From: Clostridia bacterium
Lineage (GTDB): Bacteria; Bacillota; Clostridia; Oscillospirales; Acutalibacteraceae
Assembly: GCA_017504645.1 (NCBI GenBank)
Contig: JAFVQV010000009.1
Span: forward strand, 1-35,727
Reading direction: 5' to 3'
DNA length: 35,727 bases
Of the stretch, positions 7,956-14,086 are shown piece after piece. The position numbers were made by a program, and so were the translations under genes. The notes beneath the pieces are model-generated. The model was not told where the DNA came from and searched no databases. It was given only the letters and a program-made list of their open reading frames with translations. Within the stretch, counting starts at the first letter, position 1. Each line of letters opens with the position of its first letter.

Positions 7956-8437
7956 TACTGTATTCCGCCTTTCTCAAAGAGTTGTTTGCCATATGCCGCC
8001 AGAGCCGTGTCCTGCTCCTCACTGCCGCCGCTGACGCCCAGTCCGCCGACGATGTTGCCGGCTGCGTCGCACAGGGGCTCTCCCCCGCCGAAGATCACGA
8101 TGTGACCCTCGTTGGTGAACTGGATCCCGTACAAGGATCCGCCCGGCTGTGCCAACGGTTTCAGCTGTGAGGTAGACATTTTTAAGGATACGACGGTGAA
8201 CGCCTTTTGCAGTGCCACATCGTAGCTGGCGATGTAGGAATCGTCCATGCATTCTACCAGCACGGGGCGTGCCGCCCGATTGGAGACCGCTACCACTGCG
8301 TTGACGCCCATCTGCGCGGCTTTTTGCCGCACCTGCTCACTCAGTGCGCGAGCCTGCTCCAGCGTGATGTCACGAGGCGCAGCGGTCACTTGGCGGGCAA
8401 TGGTGTCTACCAAAGAACGCAAGGTGTGTTCGTCCAT
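7955..8437 (-). CDS. GlcG/DUF336 (PduO C-terminal-domain-like, putative haem-binding) protein with N-terminal amphipathic helix
   Basis: 160 aa. MGVNAVVAVSN...ALQKAFTVVSL...GGGEPL...GGLGVSGGSEEQD follows the DUF336 pattern. N-terminus is EHTLRSLVDTIARQV. RBS AGGTGA. Confidence 0.78.
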   Translation of the reverse strand: MDEHTLRSLVDTIARQVTAAPRDITLEQARALSEQVRQKAAQMGVNAVVAVSNRAARPVLVECMDDSYIASYDVALQKAFTVVSLKMSTSQLKPLAQPGGSLYGIQFTNEGHIVIFGGGEPLCDAAGNIVGGLGVSGGSEEQDTALAAYGKQLFEKGGIQ

Positions 8438-8449
8438 GCCGTCACCTGC

Positions 8450-9244
8450 TTATTTGTTCAACTGTTCCAGCACGCGGCGGGTGATCTCACCCACGAGATC
8501 GCTGTCATTGCTGTTGCAGGTGCAGTTGCCGCCGCAGCCGTGGCAGCTGGGTTTGCCCTCTTTGGCGTTGGGGCACAGGTCGGCGGGATGCTTACCCTTC
8601 ATGCCGAACTGACGGCGAATCTCATACAGGCGCTTGACCTGAGCGTCGGACAGCTCCTTGGGACCGCCCAGCTGCTTGGAGATGTACAGCAGGCGAGCGT
8701 AGAATTCCACCGATTCCATCTTGTGGTAGGCGCTCAGCAGGCTGTCAGAGAAGGACAGAGCACCGTGGTTTTCCAGCAGCACTGCGTCAAAGGACTGCAG
8801 ATACTTGGAAACGGCGTCCGGAATTTCCTCGGTAGAGGGGGTGCCGTATTCGGCGATCGGCACACAGCCCAGGGCGATGACCGCTTCGGGCATGATGGGC
8901 TGGGTCAGCGGAATGCCGGCGATGGCAAAACCGGTGGCGTACAGCGGGTGAGCGTGCACCACGGCGTTGACGTCGGGGCGCTCCTTATACACGCGCATGT
9001 GCATCTTGATTTCGGAGGAGGGCTTGAAGCCGGGGTTGGCCTGAATGACCTTGCCGTCGCGGTCCACCTTGCAGATAAACTCGGGCGTCATGAAGCCCTT
9101 GCTGACACCGGTGGGGGTGCAGAGGAATTCATTGTCGCTGATCTTGACGGAAATGTTGCCGTCGTTGGAGGCGACCATGCCCTTGTCATAAATGCGCTTG
9201 CCGATGTCGCATATTTGCTTTTTAATTTCGTACTCGTTTGCCAT
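8450..9244 (-). CDS. Class II aldolase (L-fuculose-/L-rhamnulose-1-phosphate aldolase family) with Cys-rich linker and C-terminal encapsulation peptide
   Basis: 264 aa. FucA-like core: GNISV, KPSSE (catalytic Glu), VVHAHP and ENHG (Zn His ligands). The C-terminus carries CPNAKEGKPSCHGCGGNCTC followed by DLVGEITRRVLEQLNK. RBS AAGGAG. Confidence 0.9.
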   Translation of the reverse strand: MANEYEIKKQICDIGKRIYDKGMVASNDGNISVKISDNEFLCTPTGVSKGFMTPEFICKVDRDGKVIQANPGFKPSSEIKMHMRVYKERPDVNAVVHAHPLYATGFAIAGIPLTQPIMPEAVIALGCVPIAEYGTPSTEEIPDAVSKYLQSFDAVLLENHGALSFSDSLLSAYHKMESVEFYARLLYISKQLGGPKELSDAQVKRLYEIRRQFGMKGKHPADLCPNAKEGKPSCHGCGGNCTCNSNDSDLVGEITRRVLEQLNK

Positions 9245-9306
9245 AGTGCTTACTCCTTTTTTGATTTACTTTGGATTTTCTTTGATTTTGAGAACCTCAC
9301 AGGCTC

Positions 9307-9335
9307 ATAGTACCACATAAATTCGCAAAAGTCAA
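9307..9335 (-). promoter_or_regulatory. Candidate internal sigma-70-type promoter upstream of the aldolase gene
   Basis: Minus strand reads TTGACT (9335-9330), a 17-nt spacer, then TGgTACTAT (extended -10; hexamer 9312-9307). It lies in the 102-nt gap after the pduV-like stop. Confidence 0.5.
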
Positions 9336-9346
9336 CATAAAAACCT

Positions 9347-9805
9347 TTATTTTTCTTTGTTTTGTACGATTTTTGTTGGTTTTTTGTTGTTTTGCAGGTG
9401 CTCCAGCACCGCGGGGACGCCTTCGCCGGTCAGTGAGTTGACGGCGAACACCCTTTGGCAGCCGGACAGCCGCAGCCATCGCTCGGCGCGGCGAGGGTCA
9501 GCTTTGTCGATCTTTGTCACGATACCGATGACCTCACGGTTCACCATGCAGGTGATGCAGGGCGGAAACAGGGAGTAATCGTCGTCGGCAGCGATGAGCA
9601 ATGCCACCACGTCCGCCTCGTAGGAATACAGGCACAGCGCCGCTCCCAGATCGTGATTTTCGGCGTATTCGCCGGGGGAGTCGATGAGGAAATCCTCGAA
9701 TACCATGCCTTGGGTCTTTTGATAGTGGACTGTGTCTCCGCGCAGCGCCTGCTTCAGTGAAGTTTTACCGGCGCCGCTGCGACCGATGAGTAACAGCTTT
9801 TTCAT
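9347..9805 (-). CDS. pduV: EutP/PduV-family small GTPase
   Basis: 152 aa. P-loop GRSGAGKTSL, with size and pattern typical of EutP/PduV. ATGA overlap with the upstream pduU-like stop. Confidence 0.88.
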   Translation of the reverse strand: MKKLLLIGRSGAGKTSLKQALRGDTVHYQKTQGMVFEDFLIDSPGEYAENHDLGAALCLYSYEADVVALLIAADDDYSLFPPCITCMVNREVIGIVTKIDKADPRRAERWLRLSGCQRVFAVNSLTGEGVPAVLEHLQNNKKPTKIVQNKEK

Positions 9806-10176
9806 GTGCGGGTCAGCTCGCAGACGTCGAAGCCCAGCTTCTTAACGGCGTATTCTGTGACCGCCGCCAGTGCCGCTTCCACCTGAGAGACCGATCCGGT
9901 GACGATCACCGTGCCGCTGAAGCGATCCACAAAGCCCAAGGTGACGCCGGAGGCTTTTAGTGCGATATCGCCGGCGATGATCGCCGTTTCGCTGGGGCTT
10001 AGGGTGAGAATACCGATGGCACCCGAATGAGCCTCGGCAGGGTCTAACCCTAACTTGTAGTACAGCACGTCGTCCGGATTGGCGATGATGTGCGCCAAGG
10101 TGATCTGCTTACCGGGAACGATCTCCTGTATGATGCGGGCTTTCTCGCCGTTTACGGGGAATCCGTCAAATGCCAT
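9802..10176 (-). CDS. pduU: Circularly permuted BMC shell protein, PduU/EutS-like
   Basis: 124 aa. ARIIQEIVPGKQITLAHIIANP closely matches the PduU/EutS N-terminal signature. RBS AGGAGG. Confidence 0.88.
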   Translation of the reverse strand: MAFDGFPVNGEKARIIQEIVPGKQITLAHIIANPDDVLYYKLGLDPAEAHSGAIGILTLSPSETAIIAGDIALKASGVTLGFVDRFSGTVIVTGSVSQVEAALAAVTEYAVKKLGFDVCELTRT

Positions 10177-10180
10177 CCTG

Positions 10181-10972
10181 TCAACCTCCTATCTGTACGG
10201 TCAGACCGTACCGCTGTGCCGTAAGCATCAGGCGGTTCATGTGCTCCGCGGTAGGCGGCGGCACATCGCCCATGGGATAGGGACGATCCAGGCCTTCGTA
10301 TTTATCCCGCCCCATGCGATGATAGGGCAGTAGGTGTATCTCGTTTACGTTGGGAAGCGACGCGGTGAAGGCGGCGATGGCGCCGATCTCCTCCTCCGTG
10401 TCGTTAAAGCCGGGGATCACCGGCACCCGAACGATCAGCTTGTTGGCTTTTTCCGCGATGAGGCGGGCGTTTTGCAAGATCTTCTCGTTGGGCTTGGTGG
10501 TGAACTCGGCGTGTTTGCGGCTGTCCATGTGCTTGATGTCCATCAGCACCGTGTCCAGATGGGGCAAAAACCGTTCGACCACAGCGGCATCCGCGAAACC
10601 GGTAGTCTCGATGGCAGTGTTGACACCGTTTTCGTGACAGGCGGTGAGCAGTGCCACCGCGAAGTCCGGCTGCAGCAGCGATTCGCCGCCGGATAAGGTC
10701 ACCCCGCCGCCGGAACGGCGGTAGTAGGGTCGGTCACGCAGGATCTCCTGCAGCACCTCCCCCACCGTCACATCCCGACCGACGGTCTTGACTGTACCCG
10801 CCTGCTTCATCTGTTGGATGTCGTAGGACTGAGATTCGGGATTACAGCACCAGCGGCACCGCAGGGCACAGCCTTTGAGAAACACAATGGTGCGGATGCC
10901 GGGGCCGTCGTGGGTGGAGAACCGCTGGATGTCAAAGATGCGTCCCGTGACCGAGAGCAATGCGTTATCCAT
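10181..10972 (-). CDS. Glycyl-radical enzyme activating enzyme (radical SAM)
   Basis: 263 aa. DGPGIRTIVFLKGCALRCRWCCNPES carries the CX3CX2C motif, and a GGE SAM motif (LSGGESLLQ) is present. No further Cys cluster motifs are visible. TGATG overlap with the GRE stop. Confidence 0.93.
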   Translation of the reverse strand: MDNALLSVTGRIFDIQRFSTHDGPGIRTIVFLKGCALRCRWCCNPESQSYDIQQMKQAGTVKTVGRDVTVGEVLQEILRDRPYYRRSGGGVTLSGGESLLQPDFAVALLTACHENGVNTAIETTGFADAAVVERFLPHLDTVLMDIKHMDSRKHAEFTTKPNEKILQNARLIAEKANKLIVRVPVIPGFNDTEEEIGAIAAFTASLPNVNEIHLLPYHRMGRDKYEGLDRPYPMGDVPPPTAEHMNRLMLTAQRYGLTVQIGG

Positions 10973-13500
10973 CAGAATCCTCCCTGCTCCGTGCGGTTGA
11001 TAATGTCATCCTGCAAGGAACGGGACAGGGTGGTGAACAGAGCACTGTAGCCTGCCACACGCACTACCAGCGAGCGGTATTTGTCAGGATTCTTCTGGGC
11101 GTCTCGCAGCGTTTCACGACTGACCACGTTGAATTGCATGTGACTGCCCTTCTGGTCAAAGTAGCCGCGCACCAGTGCTACGAAGCTTTCCAGACCGCCG
11201 GCACCTGCCAGCGCACTGGGATGGAATTTCATGTTGAACAGCGTACCGTTGGACGCAATGTAGTGGTCCAGACGGGAAACGGAGTTGGCCGCCGCCGTAG
11301 GGCCCTTGATGTCACGGCCTGCCGCCGGCGACACGCCGTCCGCCACGGGGGTGTTGGCCAGTCGCCCGTCGGGGGTGGCACCCGTCTGGGCGCCCAACGG
11401 AACATTGGCGGAAACGGGGTACAGTCCCGCTTGGAACTGTCCGCCGCGGGGATTGCGGTAGTGTAAGAGAGGACGGGTATAGGTATACGCCACGTCGCGG
11501 GCAAACTCGTCCACCTCGGGCAGATCGTTGCCGAACTTGGGCAGGGCAGCGATGCGATCCAGCAGTTGCTGGTACTGCGCCTTTTGTGCGTCACTGCAGG
11601 GATTTTTCGCTACCGTTTCGTAGATGGTCTTGACATCGGCGGCGGTCAGGGTCTTGCCGTTTTCCACCAGCTGACGTGCCACCTGTGCGGTAAGCGCTTC
11701 CGCCTGCTTGGCATCCATATCCTTGCCGTAGTTATGTTCCAGCGCTTCTTTCCACTCGCCCAGCGACACGCTGTGTTGCTCGAACACCAGCGTCTTGATC
11801 GCGTACAGCGCGTCCGCCATGTTGGCGATACCAAAGCCCTGAGGACCGGTGAAGTTGTAGACGGCGCCGCCCTCTTGTAGGCTCTTGCCTCTGCCGATGC
11901 AATCCTCCACCATGCAGGACAGGAACGGAAGGGGGCAACGATCGGCATGGGCCTGGTCGATGGCGTTGTCGGCGTTGACCATCAGCTCGATAAAGTAGTT
12001 CATCTGCGCCTTGTAGGCGTCGTAGAATTCGTCAAAGGTGGTCATCTTGGCCACGTCGCCCGTTTGGGGACCGACCTGCACGCCGTTATCCACACCGTTT
12101 GAGAATACCAGCTCCAGCGGACGGCACATGTTGAAGAACGCCGCATCGTGCCAGCCGTCGGTCTTACCGCTCTTTTGCGGCTCCACGCAACCGATGATGT
12201 TGTAGTCGCGAGCATCCTCCAGCGTCAGGCCGCGGCTTTGCAGGGCGGGGATAATAACCTCGTCGTTGTAGTAGGCAGGCAAGCCGATGCCGGTGCGGGT
12301 GATTTCCGCCGCCCGCAGCATGAACTCGTGGGGCGTGCCGTTCCACACACGAACCGAGAAGGACGGCTGGGGCAACAACACATGGAGGGTAGCGTTCATG
12401 CACATATAGGACATGTCGTTGGTGACGTCACAGCCACCCGCATCCTGTCCGCCCACGATGAGGTTCTGAAACAGGCTGTAGCCGGCAAAGCCCTCGGCAG
12501 AGGCGGCGTCGCGCACCTTGTTCAGGCTGTTGAGCTTGACCCAGATGCAATCCACCAGCTCCTGAGCAAATTCGCGGGTGATGGCACCCTTATCCAAGTC
12601 CGCCTTATAATAAGGATACATATATTGGTCGAAACGGCCGGGAGAAATGGAGTGACCGCTGGATTCGGTTTGAATGAGCAGTTGCACGAACCAGAAGGAT
12701 TGGCACGCTTCGTAGAATGAGGTGGCACCCTGCGCAGGCACGCGGTCGCAGTTGGCGGCAATGCGCAACAGTTCGGCTTTGCGAGTGTCGTCGCCGCAGG
12801 CGGCAGCTTCCTCCCGCGCCAGTGCAGCATAGCGGGCGGCAAAGCGGCAAGCAGCCTCACAGCTGATGAGCACCGCTTCCAGGAATTGGTGGCGGCGGGC
12901 GTAATCCTCGTCGGATACCCGCAGCTTTGCCAGAGCGGCTTTTGCCTCGGCGGCGATACCCTTGAAGCCCACACGCAGCACCTTGCCGTAGTCCACGGTC
13001 ACGTGACCGATGCCGTTGTAGAAGTAGTTACCGGGGGTGAAAATATTATGCTCCATGGCGGTCAGAGTCTCGGGTGCCATGTAAGCCGTTGCCAGTTCGC
13101 TGGTGGTCTTGCCCTTCCAGTAGGGATACACCTTGCGCAGCGCGTCCTTGGTCTCCTCCGATATGTAGAACGGGTCGGCACTGCGGGTGGCCACCGTATC
13201 GAATTCGTCCTCCAGCCAGCTGTAGGAATATTCGGGGAAGGTCTGACAGCTGCGGGGGCTCTTGGTATTGCCGCCTACGATCAGCTCCAGCGGACGGATG
13301 CTGATGGGCAGCTTCTCCAAAATGTGCGCGAACGCCTTGGCGCGGCGCAGCACAATAGGCTGACCCTCCGTTTCGCGGTAGGATTCCGTCAGCAGGACGG
13401 CACGGTCCGCCTCGATCTCCGGCTTGTTCTCGAACAGCTGGTCAATGAGCGCGGGAATGCGTGCGCTTTTTTCAATGTTAGCAGTGTATGCAGTAGCCAT
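10972..13500 (-). CDS. Glycyl radical enzyme, B12-independent diol (1,2-propanediol) dehydratase-like
   Basis: 842 aa from ATG 13500, with GGAGGG 7 nt upstream; the ORF track start at 13530 adds 10 aa with no RBS. Glycyl radical motif VVRVAGYSALF (Gly codon 11050-11052). Thiyl loop IIGCVEP (Cys 12187-12189, Glu 12181-12183) is typical of the dehydratase/lyase GRE class. The substrate is assigned from the aldolase and rha gene context, not from active-site analysis. Confidence 0.9.
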   Translation of the reverse strand: MATAYTANIEKSARIPALIDQLFENKPEIEADRAVLLTESYRETEGQPIVLRRAKAFAHILEKLPISIRPLELIVGGNTKSPRSCQTFPEYSYSWLEDEFDTVATRSADPFYISEETKDALRKVYPYWKGKTTSELATAYMAPETLTAMEHNIFTPGNYFYNGIGHVTVDYGKVLRVGFKGIAAEAKAALAKLRVSDEDYARRHQFLEAVLISCEAACRFAARYAALAREEAAACGDDTRKAELLRIAANCDRVPAQGATSFYEACQSFWFVQLLIQTESSGHSISPGRFDQYMYPYYKADLDKGAITREFAQELVDCIWVKLNSLNKVRDAASAEGFAGYSLFQNLIVGGQDAGGCDVTNDMSYMCMNATLHVLLPQPSFSVRVWNGTPHEFMLRAAEITRTGIGLPAYYNDEVIIPALQSRGLTLEDARDYNIIGCVEPQKSGKTDGWHDAAFFNMCRPLELVFSNGVDNGVQVGPQTGDVAKMTTFDEFYDAYKAQMNYFIELMVNADNAIDQAHADRCPLPFLSCMVEDCIGRGKSLQEGGAVYNFTGPQGFGIANMADALYAIKTLVFEQHSVSLGEWKEALEHNYGKDMDAKQAEALTAQVARQLVENGKTLTAADVKTIYETVAKNPCSDAQKAQYQQLLDRIAALPKFGNDLPEVDEFARDVAYTYTRPLLHYRNPRGGQFQAGLYPVSANVPLGAQTGATPDGRLANTPVADGVSPAAGRDIKGPTAAANSVSRLDHYIASNGTLFNMKFHPSALAGAGGLESFVALVRGYFDQKGSHMQFNVVSRETLRDAQKNPDKYRSLVVRVAGYSALFTTLSRSLQDDIINRTEQGGF

Positions 13501-13551
13501 ATAAGATCCCTCCGAGGGTAATATGATCATAGGGGATAGGTTTCTATGCTC

Positions 13552-13580
13552 ATTCTATCTTAAAACCACATCTTTGTCAA
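13552..13580 (-). promoter_or_regulatory. Candidate sigma-70-type promoter of the microcompartment operon
   Basis: Minus strand reads TTGACA (13580-13575), a 17-nt spacer, then TAGAAT (13557-13552). This leaves a leader of about 45 nt to ATG 13500. An A/T-rich tract lies upstream. Confidence 0.6.
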
Positions 13581-13643
13581 GTTAAATCCAAAAGAAAAAC
13601 AGAAAAAATAACACAAATCCAAAAAATCAAAAAACAAAACCAC

Positions 13644-13676
13644 AAAAAACGCCCACCGCACAGAATGCGGTGGGCG
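13644..13676 (-). terminator. Intrinsic terminator of rpsT
   Basis: 10-bp stem cgcccaccgc/gcggtgggcg (13650-13659 with 13667-13676) and a 7-nt loop. On the minus strand it is followed by a TTTTTT run (13649-13644). Confidence 0.75.
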
Positions 13677-13691
13677 TTTGGGGAAAGCTAT

Positions 13692-13946
13692 TTATGCATT
13701 TGCTTTTTTGGCGAGGGCGGACTTTCTCCGTGCAGCCGTGTTCTTATGCAGGAGTCCCTTCGCAACGGCCTGATCGATCTTCTTCACAGCGGCCTTAACA
13801 AGCAGTTCCTTGTTTTCTGCGCCGGATTCGATGGCGGCGTTGGCCTTTTTGATGTCCGTTTTCAGAGCGGAGCGATTGGCCTTGTTCTTCGCGGTTTTGG
13901 CAGCGATGACCTTCACGCGTTTTTTGGCGGATTTAATGTTGGGCAT
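13692..13946 (-). CDS. rpsT: 30S ribosomal protein S20
   Basis: MPNIKSAKKRVKVIAAKTAKNKANRSALKT is the classic S20 N-terminus. ATG 13946 has GGAGGTG 7 nt upstream; the track start at 13952 is a GTG inside the RBS region. Confidence 0.93.
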   Translation of the reverse strand: MPNIKSAKKRVKVIAAKTAKNKANRSALKTDIKKANAAIESGAENKELLVKAAVKKIDQAVAKGLLHKNTAARRKSALAKKANA

Positions 13947-13992
13947 GGTCACACCTCCTCAAAAAAGAATACTTCTAAATCACGCACGAACC

Positions 13993-14021
13993 ATAATACC
14001 ATGAAAGTTTGGGAAAATCAA
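13993..14021 (-). promoter_or_regulatory. Candidate sigma-70-type promoter of rpsT
   Basis: Minus strand reads TTGATT (14021-14016), a 17-nt spacer, then TGgTATTAT (hexamer 13998-13993). Confidence 0.55.
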
Positions 14022-14033
14022 TACTTTTTTTCA

Positions 14034-14062
14034 GAATATTGAGAATTTTTCTTTTTATACTA
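14034..14062 (+). promoter_or_regulatory. Possible forespore (sigma-F/G-like) promoter of gpr
   Basis: GAATA (14034-14038), a 17-nt spacer, then TATACTA (14056-14062). This resembles the Bacillus sigma-G consensus GHATR-N17/18-CATXHTA with one mismatch. gpr is forespore-expressed in Bacillus. Confidence 0.3.
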
Positions 14063-14086
14063 TTTTATATAGAACGGAGGAACGCT

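Noticed and set aside
6738-9310. Two long plus-strand ORFs (6738-8105 and 8207-9310)
   Set aside because: They are antisense to the ADH, DUF336 and aldolase genes. They have no recognisable motifs and no RBS, so they are shadow ORFs.
13501-13551. Cobalamin or other riboswitch upstream of the microcompartment operon
   Set aside because: The predicted leader is only about 45 nt, far too short for one. The dehydratase is a B12-independent glycyl radical enzyme.
9255-13650. Similar T/A-rich sequences in inverted orientation flanking the GRE, activase, pduU and pduV block, considered as terminal inverted repeats of a mobile element
   Set aside because: The sequence is low-complexity. There is no transposase or integrase and no target-site duplication. 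Both copies coincide with promoter or leader regions. I treated them as regulatory motifs instead (see findings).
13967-13998. GAATA-N20-CATAATA as a sigma-G promoter for gpr
   Set aside because: The spacer is too long (20 nt, against 17-18 in the consensus). The CATAATA coincides with the opposite-strand -10 of the better-fitting rpsT promoter. The 14034-14062 candidate fits better.
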